From an uncultured Methanoregulaceae archaeon (lineage in GTDB: Archaea > Halobacteriota > Methanomicrobia > Methanomicrobiales > Methanospirillaceae), in NCBI GenBank assembly GCA_963705255.1, contig OY970061.1:608001-672000 (forward strand): a DNA stretch of 64,000 nucleotides. Direction: 5' to 3'. Made by a program: the position numbers and the translations under genes. Of this stretch, positions 41,966 through 53,539 are shown piece by piece; the stretch's first letter is position 1, and each line of letters starts with the position of its first letter. Below the pieces are notes generated by a model, which ran no database searches, was not told the origin of the DNA, and was given only the letters and a program-made list of their open reading frames with translations.

Positions 41966-42185
41966 GAGACAGGACACAGTACCACCGTTTTTTATAAGTT
42001 TTTTATAATATATGCACCGGTATCTGGTACATCCTGTCCCGCCGGGATCCGGATGGCTGCATAAGCAATTATATGATTTGTCCCGTAAGTTCAGGAGGTC
42101 GGTTTTTCTGATCACGTACAAACAGGCAGTGATATCAGAAGGAGGGGTCTCCATCCGAAGAAAAAATGAGAACAGGTCTCCCCGG

Positions 42186-42425
42186 TTATTTCGGGAGAGC
42201 AGCAAGGATCATGTCTTTTACACCCGGCGGGAGGTTGATCCCGTCGAGAATAACCGGGACAACGCTCATGAGCGCTTTCTGTCCTTCCTGCGTTGCTGCA
42301 AAACTTTTCAGCATATCTGTACCTTGAGGGGATGCGAGAAACTTCTTTGCTGCGTCCTGTCCATCAGGGCTGGCAAGGAAGCTTCCGATCGCCCCGCCCA
42401 TTCCACCTAGACTTCCAAAATCCAT
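42186..42425 (-). CDS. Small hypothetical protein with internal F-x-A-S/T-x-x-G repeats
   Basis: FLASPDGQ / FLASPQGT / FAATQEGQ. Confidence 0.7.
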   Translation of the reverse strand: MDFGSLGGMGGAIGSFLASPDGQDAAKKFLASPQGTDMLKSFAATQEGQKALMSVVPVILDGINLPPGVKDMILAALPK

Positions 42426-42738
42426 GTCTGGTCACTTCACGTTATTGCTTATACCCGTTGATCACGGATTAATTTAAACATAACCTCCCGATCGTTCCGA
42501 TACTCACTTGCATGCCGAACTGGGTGAATGCTGAAAATTGTTACCCTGAACATGAAAACGAACGCGTATTCCCGCCAACTCTGCCCGAAGTTCGCCGTCC
42601 AGGGGGCGGGTTCATGCCGCCGCCCCTATCCCGAAAGTTTTCTCTGGGTATGCCAGGTTATATTCCGTCGCGTGGTTCGATCTCTTTACGGCGCAGTTTT
42701 CCGGGAGTCCGTCAGGATCTAACATCGGCCCGGGATCC

Positions 42739-44133
42739 TCACGGATCCTCGAGCTTCTTGAGAGCCTGCACGAGCTTCCCGACAGACTCCTGCGCGTCGC
42801 CGTAGAGCATCCGCGTATTGTCCCGGTAGAACAGGTCGTTCTCGATCCCGGCGAAGCCCTTCCCCTGGCCGCGCTTGAGGACGATGACGTTCTTCGCCTG
42901 ATCTACATCGAGGATTGGCATGCCGAAGAGCGGGCTGCCCTGACGGTGCGCCGCCGGGTTGACGACGTCGTTGGCCCCAATGACGAGGACGAGATCGGTG
43001 CCCGGGAACTCCGGGTTCACCTCGTCCCGGTCGAAAAGATGGTCGTAGGAGACTCCTGCCTCGGCGAGCAGGACGTTCATGTGCCCGGGCATCCGCCCGG
43101 CAACCGGGTGGATCGCGAACTTCACCCGGATGTCCTTGCTCTCGAGCAGGTCGGTCAGCTCCTTGACTTTCTGCTGGGCCTGGGCGACCGCCATGCCGTA
43201 ACCGGGAGCAATGATCACTTTGTTCGCGTAGGCGAGCATGACCGCGACGTCGTCGGCCTCGATCGACTTCATACTGCCTTGGATCTGCATCCATTTCTCC
43301 TCCGTCGCGCCGAACGCGCCGAAGAAGACATTCGGGAGCGAGCGGTTCATCGCCCGCGCCATATTGAGCGTGAGCAGCGAACCCGCGGCGCCGACAATGA
43401 TGCCCGCGACGACCATCGCATAGTTTGGGGTAGCAAACGAAAACCCGTCGAGTGCGACGGCGAGCCCGGTGAAAGCATTGTACATCGAGATCACGACGGG
43501 CATGTCCGCCCCGCCGATCGGAAGCGTCATCAGGAGCCCGAACCCGAGCGAGAGGACGAAGAACAGCGGGAGATACATGGCGACGGTGAGCGGGATCCAC
43601 GACGGCTGAAAGAGGACGAGCACACCGGACACTATGGCGAGGGCCAGGATTGCCATGTTGACGGGCTGCTGACCCGGGAAGGTGATCGGCCGCGGCCGCA
43701 TCCAGCCCTGGAGCTTCAGGAACGCGATGAGGCTCCCTGCAAACGAAACGGCTCCGATGAGGCCGCCAACGACAGCGAGAGAACCGGTTGTGGCGGTGGT
43801 GGTGCCGAGGAGTGCAACAGCCGAGATCCCGGCCGCCGCGCCGCCGCCCATGCCATTGTAGAGCGCGACCATCTGGGGCATGCCCGTCATTGCGACGCGC
43901 TTCGCCACGATATAGCCGAAGCCCCCGCCGATGACAATCGCGATAGCCATCAGGGTAAAGTTGGTGAGGCCCGGGGTAAGGAACGTGACGAGGGTCGCGA
44001 TCAGCATTGCGGCGCCTGCCCAGACGATCCCGCTCCGGGCAGTGAGCGGGTGGCTCATCCTCTGCAGGCCCACGATGAAGAAGAAGATCGTCGCAATATA
44101 AATCGGGTCGATCATCCAGGAGAGGTCCACCAT
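42739..44133 (-). CDS. pntB: NAD(P) transhydrogenase beta subunit
   Basis: MPQMVALYNG, IGGADMPVVIS, HPVAGRMPGHMNVLLAEA, GANDVVNP. Confidence 0.97.
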   Translation of the reverse strand: MVDLSWMIDPIYIATIFFFIVGLQRMSHPLTARSGIVWAGAAMLIATLVTFLTPGLTNFTLMAIAIVIGGGFGYIVAKRVAMTGMPQMVALYNGMGGGAAAGISAVALLGTTTATTGSLAVVGGLIGAVSFAGSLIAFLKLQGWMRPRPITFPGQQPVNMAILALAIVSGVLVLFQPSWIPLTVAMYLPLFFVLSLGFGLLMTLPIGGADMPVVISMYNAFTGLAVALDGFSFATPNYAMVVAGIIVGAAGSLLTLNMARAMNRSLPNVFFGAFGATEEKWMQIQGSMKSIEADDVAVMLAYANKVIIAPGYGMAVAQAQQKVKELTDLLESKDIRVKFAIHPVAGRMPGHMNVLLAEAGVSYDHLFDRDEVNPEFPGTDLVLVIGANDVVNPAAHRQGSPLFGMPILDVDQAKNVIVLKRGQGKGFAGIENDLFYRDNTRMLYGDAQESVGKLVQALKKLEDP

Positions 44134-44134
44134 C

Positions 44135-44446
44135 TCAGGCCCCCTTGCCGGGCTTCTTCCCGCTGCGGTCGAACATCTGGAGGATCCGCTCCGTGACTAC
44201 GTAGCCGCCGATGACGTTCGCCGCGCCGAGGATGACCGCGACAAAGCCGATAGCCTGCTCCAGGGGCGTTGCAGCGAGACCGAGCGCGACCATTGCTCCG
44301 ACCAGCACGATCCCGTGGATAAAATTCGAGCCGCTCATCAGTGGCGTGTGGAGGATGACGGGGACCCGGCTGATGACTACGTAGCCGGTGAACGCGGCCA
44401 GCATCGCGATGTAGACCGCGGTCCAGAGTGTGGTCATGCCACTCAT
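44135..44446 (-). CDS. pntA: NAD(P) transhydrogenase alpha subunit, membrane part
   Basis: LHTPLMSGSNFIHG, NVIGGYVVTER. Confidence 0.95.
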   Translation of the reverse strand: MSGMTTLWTAVYIAMLAAFTGYVVISRVPVILHTPLMSGSNFIHGIVLVGAMVALGLAATPLEQAIGFVAVILGAANVIGGYVVTERILQMFDRSGKKPGKGA

Positions 44447-45586
44447 GGCTTCACTCCGCTCAGCAGTTCGCGTGTCGGCTTATGAAGCACCTCGCCCGCG
44501 TGGACCAGGAGGCTCGCGGCAAGGATCTCGTCGGTGAACTCCTCCGTGATCGCTCCTTCCTTGTCGAGGAGGAGTGCAAGGAACGACTGGAGGTTCTTTG
44601 CGTACATCTGGCTCGCGTGGAACGGTACCCGAGACGGCAGGTTCTGCGGGCCCAAGATCGTGATGCCGTGCACATGGACGGTCTTCCCTGCCTGAGTCAG
44701 CTCGCAGTTGCCACCCGATTCGGCGGCCAGATCGACGATGACGGCACCCGGCCTCATCGTCGCGACAGTCTCCCTGGTAATAAGGAGGGGGGCCTTCCGG
44801 CCGGGGATGGCCGCTGTCGTGATGACGATGTCGGCCCTCGCGACGGCGGCGGAGACCATCTGCTGCTCCTTCTCCTTCTCCTCGGGTGTGAGCTCGCGGG
44901 CGTAGCCACCCTGGCTTTCTGCATCGATCTCGAGCTCGAGGAACTTCGCTCCAAGGCTCCTGACCTGCTCCCCCGCGGCGCGCCGGACGTCGTAGGCCTC
45001 GACGATGGCACCGAGCCGCTTTGCCGTGGCGATCGCCATGAGGCCGGCAACACCCGCACCCAGGATGAGCACGGTTGCCGGTCGTATCGTGCCCGCGGCC
45101 GTCGTCAGCATCGGGAGGAACTTCGGGCAGTTCCCGGCGCCCAGGATGGCTGCCGTGTACCCGGCAGCCGTTGCCTGGGAACTGAGTGCATCCATGCTCT
45201 GGGCGCGGGTGATCCGCGGGACGAGTTCAAGGGCAAAGGCGGTGATCCTCCGGTCGCGCATCCGGGCGACGGCTTCAAGGTTGTTCGTCGCGTTCATGAA
45301 CCCGATGACGATCGTACCCCCGGCGAGCTGATCGACCTCGGCGACGGTCGGGGGCTGGACACGCAGCATGATCCGGGCGCCGTCCAGCAGGTCTGTCCGG
45401 CTGGTTACGATCTTCGCACCGGCAGCCGTGAAGAGTTCGTCAGGGTAGTACGCGCCTGTTCCCGCGTCATGCTCGACCCGGACCTCGAGACCTGACTTCG
45501 TGAGATTCTGGACAACCTCCGGTACCTGTCGCCACGCGCTGTTCCCCCAGGGCCAGCTCTTTTGGAACGGCGACCACGACCGGCAT
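44443..45586 (-). CDS. pntA: NAD(P) transhydrogenase alpha subunit, soluble dI part (frameshift near start)
   Basis: MPVVVAVPKE...EQRVA, PRITRAQSMDALSSQ, GAGVAGL, DLAAESGGNC. Confidence 0.93.
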
Positions 45587-45742
45587 TGCGGTCGGGCCTT
45601 TCGGACCTGTCGGGATTGTACCCTTTTCATCCTGTGCGGCGATGGGGGTACTCACAATTCCCACCTCGCTTGATCGGTTTTTTCGATACGGGACAACCTT
45701 TTCACTCCATGGATAATCTGCAATGTATCGTACCAGTTGAAC

Positions 45743-47372
45743 CTAGACCCTTTTTATTTTACGCACGCGTACGGCTACACCGCGGCGGGACCGGGCCATC
45801 TCCTCCGTCGGGAGGGCAGCACGACCGGTAGCAACGGCCCGCGCGCCCGTGACCAGCACTTCGTCACCGACCCGTATGCCCGGGTCAGCCCGGGTGACGC
45901 CCGGGACGAGTACGTCCCCTTCCGGGATGAAGTCGTCAATGTATACCCGGTATCCTTCCGGGATGAGGTCCCACCCGTCAAAGGTGGGGCGGAGCAGGCC
46001 TGTGCCGGTGTCGATAGAGAAGAGCTGGGTCAAGCCCCTGCTGTAGAACAATTCCGGGAAATGCCCCCTGAGGGATATCCCTCTCGTATCAATGTCGCAG
46101 TTAAACTGGTACAAAACCATGCCGTGCAGCCGGTCATCCTTGATCCTGTGTTCTCCCGCAAGTGCTGAATCGAGAGCATTGAGAGCCTTCGCACCGGTAA
46201 GGTGTTCAGTACCCGGAATATTCAAGGGTTATCCCACACGCAACGGCGGCTGCCCTCACGACCGCGAGCGCCCCGCCGTCGAGATGGGCAATGATGCGCC
46301 GGTTATGGTGACGTTCGAAGTACCGGGCGAGGATACCGGCGATTACTGCCCGTTCTTCCGCGTCCCAGTAACCGGTGACCGGAACATCGTAATGCCCCGC
46401 CGGGTAGACACATTCCAGTTCCCGCGGCACGAGCCCGAGCGGGGAGGTGACGATCAGCTCGTGGGCACGGCCCCCGACAGCCTGCTGGAATTTCCGGTGG
46501 CTCTGCGAAAGGGAATAGGGTTTTTTTGCCGAACAGGGGAGGAGAACTGCGACATCCGTCTTCGGGGGGATGTACCGGGTCAGTACCCGTTCCGCAAACC
46601 GGCGGACTTCGGCCCGCTGGATGGACTCTCCCGAGTTGGCCCGCATGACCCCGCTGCGAGCGATGGGGAGGTGCTGCTCCATGAACGGGTAGTGATTATC
46701 GAGATGGCGCAGAATGGCGACCTGATTGGCATCGAGCCGGCAGCGGGACTCGACAAGGTCCCTCAACATTCCGGCCTCGATAAACCGGGCTGCGAGAGCG
46801 ACTTCCCTGCAGAGGGCCTCGCGATTGTGTTCCCGGAGATCACCGTTCCGGCACCCGGCACACGAACAGGTCCCGCTTTTCTGCATACCGGCAGGGAATT
46901 CACCTTCGGGAATACAGAAGAGATCCTGTGCGGATCTCAGGTCAACCGCCCGGTAGTCGAACAGGTCAAACCCCGAATAACAGAGGGTGGCCACGTTTGA
47001 CGGGAGCGCAGCGGCCGGGGCATACCATGCCGTGTCGGCAGGTGTCTTCTCCTTGAGCCCGACAAGCCAGTCGACATAACTCCGGGGGTTGGCAAATGCG
47101 ATATGCCAGCCTGCGACCATGACACAGTCGCCGCTCTGCGCCCGGTTGTCAAGGAAGGGGTGGACCTGCACTGGCTGTCCTGATCCAAGCGGAGGATACG
47201 CCTGAACAAGGTGTGCCGGGGCACAGAGCGGGAGGTTTGTCCCCGAAAGGGAACGAAGGGCCGGGAACAGGTCCTCACAGTCGGCTGCAGCAGGAAGAGG
47301 TTGTCTGGCCCCGTCCAGTTCAAGGGTGGCGGTACGGGCGAGCCCGTCCCGTTTCCGGATGTTATACCGCAT
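45743..47372 (-). CDS. arcS: Archaeosine synthase alpha subunit with C-terminal PUA domain (frameshift near 46210)
   Basis: [43 protein letters not shown]; the PUA domain is in a second frame. Confidence 0.9.
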
Positions 47373-48816
47373 TATACAGCACCTCGATCTCTCCCAGTTC
47401 CTTACGGACTACGGGTTCCCATCTCGCGCTGCAGGAGACTGCAATCCTGCTGCCGGGATGGGTTGAGCAGAGCAAACGAACCCCTTGGCATCCCTGGCGA
47501 ACCATCGGTTCATCCCATTCCGGGACCTCGCTTGGCCCGATCGGGAATGTCTCCCCGAGCTCGCGGGGGTAGGGGCCGAACGGGGGACGGAAGAGCAGGG
47601 TATCTTTGAACCCTTCAATCTCATTGCCGTCGAACGAGACCAGGACGGTGTCTTCAAGTCTCAGGCGGGAAAGCATCTGCTGGTAGTGCAGCACTTCGGT
47701 TCTCGCGCAACTCTCGTCGCCCCGGTAGAAGAACCGGCGCTTGGTGACCCGGTCGTGCAGTTCAAGGGACGGCACATGCCCGAGCAGGGCCCGGTAACCG
47801 GAGAGCAGCTGCGGGTGACCGCGGCAGCGCTCGTCCACCAGCTCCCAGAGCGTGCCGTCAACGATGGCCTGCCGGATCCGGGAGATCTCGGCGAGGGTCA
47901 CGTACAGGTTATGGAGTGCGAGCAGGCGTTCCCGGTCCGGGGCGGTGCGGAGCTTTTCGGCAGTATACGTACGACATACTGAACAGGCGCAGGGGAGATC
48001 GGCCAGTTCGTCCAGCCGGAAGCTCCCGTGAACGGTCAGGTACCGCCCGGCTTTCGCGTAAATGGCATAGGCCGCCGAATCGAACAGGTCGCAACCCATC
48101 GCGGTGGCAAGCGCGAACATCGACGGGTGGCCGGCGCCAAACAGGTGGGTGCAGGCAGCCGGGGAGAGGGTTCGTTTGGCTGCCATGACCACGCTGACAA
48201 GGTCGCGGTAGCGGTACGATTCCATGAGCGGGACCACGGCCCCGATCGGGCAGAACCAAAACCCCATGCCGGACACATCCCGCCCCGCCTGTTCCCGAAG
48301 GTCTTCAAAGATACCGCCCTGTACCGGTCCGGCGATCGGGGCATCCCTGCCGAAGACCTCCCGTGCCTCGGCCAGCCGCCGCAGGGTAACTGCCAGTTCC
48401 TGTTCCGCTGTCTCCCGGTCGGAGGCCGGCGATGTGGGAATATCGAGCGGCACCCAGATGTCGCTTCCGATATCCCGCTGGAATGCCAGGGTCCCGGTGC
48501 TGGTGATGGAAACCTGCCCGTAGACCGAGAGCTGGAACGAACCGGAATCGGTCATGATCACGCCGTCGAACCCAAGGACCTTATGCAACCCCTCGGTCAG
48601 GGCACGTTCGCGGAACTGCCTGCTCTGGGAGATGATGTAGGCGTTGGTGATGATCGCCTCAACGCCCATCTCCTGAATCTCATGCGGGGTTACCAGCTGG
48701 AGGTGGGGGTTGATCACCGGGAGGAGCGCAGGAGTCCTGACCGTCTTTTTCCCTATTGTCAGTTTCCCGCAGCGCCCTCCGATATCGCTGTACAGGCTTT
48801 CAAATGCAATTGCCAT
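47362..48816 (-). CDS. tgtA: Archaeal tRNA-guanine(15) transglycosylase
   Basis: [41 protein letters not shown]. Confidence 0.96.
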   Translation of the reverse strand: MAIAFESLYSDIGGRCGKLTIGKKTVRTPALLPVINPHLQLVTPHEIQEMGVEAIITNAYIISQSRQFRERALTEGLHKVLGFDGVIMTDSGSFQLSVYGQVSITSTGTLAFQRDIGSDIWVPLDIPTSPASDRETAEQELAVTLRRLAEAREVFGRDAPIAGPVQGGIFEDLREQAGRDVSGMGFWFCPIGAVVPLMESYRYRDLVSVVMAAKRTLSPAACTHLFGAGHPSMFALATAMGCDLFDSAAYAIYAKAGRYLTVHGSFRLDELADLPCACSVCRTYTAEKLRTAPDRERLLALHNLYVTLAEISRIRQAIVDGTLWELVDERCRGHPQLLSGYRALLGHVPSLELHDRVTKRRFFYRGDESCARTEVLHYQQMLSRLRLEDTVLVSFDGNEIEGFKDTLLFRPPFGPYPRELGETFPIGPSEVPEWDEPMVRQGCQGVRLLCSTHPGSRIAVSCSARWEPVVRKELGEIEVLYNAV

Positions 48817-48871
48817 GCCGCACCGTAGTGTCCCTTTCTATGTGCTGTGTTCAGGTTAAACGGTTGCGCCT

Positions 48872-49435
48872 TCAGATATGCTCGGTAAAGATCTGGCCTT
48901 CGAACGTGAGCACTTCGACATGCGGGGATTTCCAGCAGCCGGTGGAGAGTCCTGCTTTCGTACAGGTATGATCGAGGAATGTTTTTGCGTCCCAGGAGTA
49001 TTCAGTTGCTACCTGAGGGAGCAGGAGGTCGCTCGTACCCATGCCCCGGATGATAAGCCCGTGTTTTCCCACGACCACCCGGCCCGGACGCTGCTCCGGC
49101 GTTCCTTCGAGGCATTCCGGGACGCTCAGGATGGTCACTTCAATCCGTATCCCCGGCAGTTCTTCTTTCCGCACCGGTGGGAAGCGGGGGTCTTCGAGCG
49201 CAGCTGCCGCCCCGGCATGTTCGATGGCATCACCCAGCGGCATCACCGGGTAGGGGAGCCCGATGCAGCCGCGGAGACAGCTATTCTCGGTCAGGGTGAC
49301 GAACACTCCTCGTTTTTCACCAAAGACCGGTGCGGAATCCCGTGCCGGTCTGGGTTTTTTTGCAACTGCATGTTCAACAGCACCGCGTGCCAGACGCAGT
49401 GCAGCCATCCCCTCGTCACTGGATAACATGGCCAT
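48872..49435 (-). CDS. AMMECR1-domain protein (TIGR00296-like)
   Basis: GVFVTL, LRGCIG, DPRFPPV, LLLPQV. Confidence 0.93.
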   Translation of the reverse strand: MAMLSSDEGMAALRLARGAVEHAVAKKPRPARDSAPVFGEKRGVFVTLTENSCLRGCIGLPYPVMPLGDAIEHAGAAAALEDPRFPPVRKEELPGIRIEVTILSVPECLEGTPEQRPGRVVVGKHGLIIRGMGTSDLLLPQVATEYSWDAKTFLDHTCTKAGLSTGCWKSPHVEVLTFEGQIFTEHI

Positions 49436-49560
49436 TACCCTTTGCCTGTCACTGTCTATAGTGCACCTTGTTTAACAATCTATCGAACCCGTACATCCGG
49501 CTCATCCCCCCCCCCCGCACCAGCGCTGGCCTTATCTTCTTACCGAACCCATGATTACAG

Positions 49561-49899
49561 GAGAGGGAGAGAGCGGCCGACGGTGACTTGCAGAGTCGCT
49601 GAGGAAAGTCCTCCCACCCACCGGTCACGCAGCCGTACGCAAGTACGGGTGGCGAGAGTCACGGCAATGGCACAGAAACGACACGGCCTGTTTTCAGTGA
49701 TGATGCGGAGAAAGCCCCCAAGGCATGAAGCAGGGTTCCCCTGCGAGTAACCCGTTGAGCGCTCACAGACAGGAATCGGTGAAACGGCGAACCCCTGCGG
49801 GTGCAAGCCAGAACAGGACTATGGATCGTCCGGTATCCGTCCGGGTATGGCGCATAGCTGAATGCCGCTGGAACAGAAGGAGGCTTACTCCTCCCACTC
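49561..49899 (+). ncRNA. rnpB: RNase P RNA (archaeal)
   Basis: GAGGAAAGTCC, ACAGAAA, GGTGAAACGGC, GTGCAAG, AACAGAAGGAGGCTTA; complementary ends form P1. Confidence 0.95.
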
Positions 49900-50079
49900 G
49901 TTTACCCGAATGCTCTTGTACAGCCTTTCGGATCTTTCTTGAAACATGCGTAAACGAACGCTTTCCCCTAGGTCTGCTATTCTCACCGTGGTGATTGGTG
50001 GTAACAGGACACTCTCACGTTCAGGAAGCTACATCTATTCGCGGATCATCAGGTACCGGATAACTGCAGGAAGATTCCC

Positions 50080-51126
50080 ATGAAACCGTCAGTATATTTA
50101 CCCGATGGCAGGGTCCGGGCACTCGCCCTTGTGGCGGGTATCGCCTTCCTCCTGATCGTGCCATCAACCGCCCTGGATCTCTCCCCGGGTTCACCCCAGA
50201 CATCACTTCCGACGATATCCCAGGGGGATCCCGTGTATATCCATGGGATTGCCACCGGGCACCCGTCCAACGGGCTTCAGATCTGGCTGATAGGTACGAA
50301 CTACGTAAAAATTGACAATGTCATGGTGAATGACGACAATACTTACACGTACGAACTGAAATCTGCGGACACCCGGAACCTGGCTTCCGGCCAGTATGTT
50401 ATGCTCATCCAGCACCCGATGATGAACGGGCAGTTCGATATAACCTACGATCCGGCAACCGGTAAGGTGATCAACCGGCAGACCGGGATCGCAATCTTCC
50501 AGCTCACCGGGGCCGGAAGCCTCCAGAGCCCCTATTCAGCCGCTGCCCTCATGCAGGCCATAAACAGCCAGAATGTTGACGATACATTTGCATCGGTCAC
50601 CTTCAGTATCGGGAACCCCAGCACGTTTATCAACCCTGTCGGAGAACACATGACCGGCGACCAGTTCACGATTGGCGGTTCCACGAATCTCGCCGCAGGT
50701 GACAACCTCCTGGTTCAGGTCACTTCGTCCTCGTTCTACCCGACAAAAAAAACCCGGCCGTCCGGTGTCAGCGGAGCTTCCGGCATGGTCACGGTGATCC
50801 AGGGATCGGAGGGGTATAATCAGTGGTCGTTCAAGGTGAATACTACCGGCTGGACTCCGGATGAATACCTTGTGCAGGTCTCGGGTATAACCGTGGCTGT
50901 CACCGGGTCGGCAACATTCAACCTCCTTCCTCAGATACCGGTAGCCAATGTCTCTGTCACTCCTGCAGTCCCTGCAACACCGATAACAGTGACCACAATC
51001 CCGGCTGTTGTGAATCTCACGACCGCGAACTATCCCCCCGCGACAAAAAAGGCACCCGTTTCCGCTTTGGCCTGCATCGGTGCATGTGCAGGTGCGGCAA
51101 TCGTTCTGCGGATGAAAAAGAGATAA
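50080..51126 (+). CDS. Secreted cell-surface protein with Thr/Pro linker and C-terminal TM anchor
   Basis: Signal peptide, QHPMMNGQFD, GSTNLAAGDNL, C-terminal TM + KKR. Confidence 0.8.
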   Translation: MKPSVYLPDGRVRALALVAGIAFLLIVPSTALDLSPGSPQTSLPTISQGDPVYIHGIATGHPSNGLQIWLIGTNYVKIDNVMVNDDNTYTYELKSADTRNLASGQYVMLIQHPMMNGQFDITYDPATGKVINRQTGIAIFQLTGAGSLQSPYSAAALMQAINSQNVDDTFASVTFSIGNPSTFINPVGEHMTGDQFTIGGSTNLAAGDNLLVQVTSSSFYPTKKTRPSGVSGASGMVTVIQGSEGYNQWSFKVNTTGWTPDEYLVQVSGITVAVTGSATFNLLPQIPVANVSVTPAVPATPITVTTIPAVVNLTTANYPPATKKAPVSALACIGACAGAAIVLRMKKR

Positions 51127-51136
51127 ATCCCGTCTT

Positions 51137-52567
51137 TTACCAGCCCAAGAACAAGGTCTTGGTCCGGGAATACTGCTCGAGCGCGTGGCTTCCGTTCTCC
51201 CTGCCAATGCCGCTTTCGCTCACGCCCCCGAACGGAATCTCCGGGGGAACCGTGAGGTGGCGGTTGACCCAGATGATCCCGGCATGCACATTGTCAAATA
51301 CTTTCCGGACGGTATGGATATTGGCAGTCCAGACTGAGGCCCCGAGGCCGAACCGGGTGGTATTGGCTTCCTGAATAGCGGCGTCGAGGTCCGGTACCGT
51401 CATGACCGGCAGGACCGGGCCGAATACTTCCTCCGTCAGCAGCCGTGAACGCCCGGAGACATCAGAAACCAGGGTCGGGCGGTAAAAAAATCCCGCTTCA
51501 TACGCTTTTCCCGTGAGTGGGCAGCCACCGGAAAGGACGGTGCCGTCATTATTCTCATGGGTTTCTTCAACCAGCCGGGCGATGCGTTCCCGCTGGACCG
51601 CACTGTTCAGGGGCCCCATCTCCGTTTTCGGGCCAAGGCCGTTTCCGACATTCAATGCATCGATGCGAGATTTCAGTTTCCGGAGAAACGTCCCGGCAAC
51701 CTTTTCGTGGACGTACAGGCGCTTGACTGCAGTACAGGTTTGCCCGGCGTTGTAGAATCTGCCCCTGATCGCTCCTTCTACTGCCTTGTCAATATGGGCA
51801 TCGTCCATAACGATCATGGGATCCGAACCCCCCAGTTCGAGTGTCAGCTCTTTTGGGTGGGCCGCGGCGAGTGCCCGTATCTTCCCACCGGTCTCGCTGT
51901 TGCCGGTAAACGAGATCTTCCGCACAAGCGGGTGCCGGACGAGGGCTTCCCCGACCGTCTCTCCCCTCCCGGTAACGACGTTGAGTACTCCCGGCGGAAG
52001 ACCGCTTTCCTCAAGGATCCCTGCCAGGGTGAGGTTTGCGAGGGGGGTTGACGATGCCGGTTTGAGCACGAGGGTATTTCCGGCAAGCAGGGCAGGCCCC
52101 ACTTTCCAGCCCATGATTATCACCGGCATATTCCAGGGGATGATGGCCCCGCAGACACCGAGTGGTTCCCGGGTGACGAGGCAGTCCCCCGCCGGGCCAA
52201 GACGGGACAGCTCTCCGGTCTGGTGGGCAGATATACCTGCATAGAATTCAAGGATGCCGGCAAACCCCCGCACTTCATCGATCGATTCTTTCAGCGGTTT
52301 TCCCTGTTCGGTTGTAAGGAGACGGGCGACATCGCGGTGCCGCTCGCGCACGATCCCTGCGGCACGGAAGAGGATCATCCCCCGTTCCCTGGCGGTTTTC
52401 TGCTTCCAGCCGGCAAATGCTGCCTCTGCTGCCTCAACCGCCCGGTTCACGTCTTCGGAAGACCCGGAGGGAACCCGGTCGACCAGTTCACCGGTCGCCG
52501 GATTTATTACTTCTATCGATGTCCCGTCAAGCGAGCCCGTTCCAGTTCCGCCAATCCTCATCTGCAT
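51137..52567 (-). CDS. NAD(P)-dependent aldehyde dehydrogenase
   Basis: IIPWN, KISFTG, LELGG, NAGQTC, EEVFGP, PFGG. Confidence 0.95.
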   Translation of the reverse strand: MQMRIGGTGTGSLDGTSIEVINPATGELVDRVPSGSSEDVNRAVEAAEAAFAGWKQKTARERGMILFRAAGIVRERHRDVARLLTTEQGKPLKESIDEVRGFAGILEFYAGISAHQTGELSRLGPAGDCLVTREPLGVCGAIIPWNMPVIIMGWKVGPALLAGNTLVLKPASSTPLANLTLAGILEESGLPPGVLNVVTGRGETVGEALVRHPLVRKISFTGNSETGGKIRALAAAHPKELTLELGGSDPMIVMDDAHIDKAVEGAIRGRFYNAGQTCTAVKRLYVHEKVAGTFLRKLKSRIDALNVGNGLGPKTEMGPLNSAVQRERIARLVEETHENNDGTVLSGGCPLTGKAYEAGFFYRPTLVSDVSGRSRLLTEEVFGPVLPVMTVPDLDAAIQEANTTRFGLGASVWTANIHTVRKVFDNVHAGIIWVNRHLTVPPEIPFGGVSESGIGRENGSHALEQYSRTKTLFLGW

Positions 52568-52739
52568 ATGTCCGTCACCCTTTCCCACCTGTATTTTCAT
52601 ATTGACCTGAACGTTAAAAAACATACAATAGCACTATTCCGGAACGGTTTCCCGGGCCATTCCTCCGGTATTGCCGTCGTGGAATCATTCCTTACGCAAA
52701 GCTATTTCTTGGCAGACTCTGATGTCTGCCTGAGAAGCG

Positions 52740-53207
52740 ATGCCAGATAATCCTGAGGAGTCCCCGGCAATACCCGGGCCGTTGCCACTGATACCGGCTG
52801 TCCCGGCAGAACAATCTCCACCGGAATTACTTCCTGAAGCTTCAGATCTTACTTGGGAGAAGTCCGTTGAGAAATCTGCAAAACCCGTTGCCGTGATGTT
52901 CTATTCCCCCAGCTGCGCGTTCTGTCGCCAGATAGAACCGTATTTCAGGAATTATGCTGCCGAATACCGCGACACCGTTGTCTTTATCCGCCTGAACGTC
53001 ATGACCAGCCCGTGGACTGCCGAACGGTACGGCGTGCGAAGCACCCCCACGTTCAAGTTCTTCTGTGACGGCAAGCCCGTGCAGGAGATGGTCGGCGCCG
53101 TTTATCCGGCGCTTCTGAAAAAGATGGTGGATGAAGTGCTGGTGCATGGCAAGGAATGCGCGAAGAGATCAACATCCATCGATTACGAGATCACCGGATA
53201 TGGATGA
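52740..53207 (+). CDS. Thioredoxin-family protein
   Basis: FYSPSCAFC, YGVRSTPTF. Confidence 0.88.
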   Translation: MPDNPEESPAIPGPLPLIPAVPAEQSPPELLPEASDLTWEKSVEKSAKPVAVMFYSPSCAFCRQIEPYFRNYAAEYRDTVVFIRLNVMTSPWTAERYGVRSTPTFKFFCDGKPVQEMVGAVYPALLKKMVDEVLVHGKECAKRSTSIDYEITGYG

Positions 53208-53539
53208 ATGCGTTCAGGGTGGCGGGCATCCCGGATGCATTTCAGCAGTGGCCTGAATCCGTCCGGGAGAAGACGGGGGAAGAACGTATCCGGGCGCAAC
53301 CGATGATGAAGGTATCCACTGTACCTGTCCGCAATGTCCTTTGTACACCCTGCCTGCAAAAGGAAAATGGCGAACTCTTCTTTGTATCTCCGGTAAAACC
53401 GGCCTTGTCTTTCGGAGGACCGGGGATGTTCCTGCGGGAATTGCCCGGTTGCGAAGGACTCTGGATGATGTACCACGATCTCTGTCAGAAAGGAAGTGAG
53501 GCAGCCCGCGGTACGAGATGGGGGTCTTGCTGACCTTTT

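Noticed and set aside
42946-45495. Long plus-strand ORFs (416 and 355 aa) and similar antisense ORFs over cdhA, RACo, ppk1 and ppx
   Set aside because: These are shadow ORFs opposite well-supported GC-rich genes and carry no motifs.
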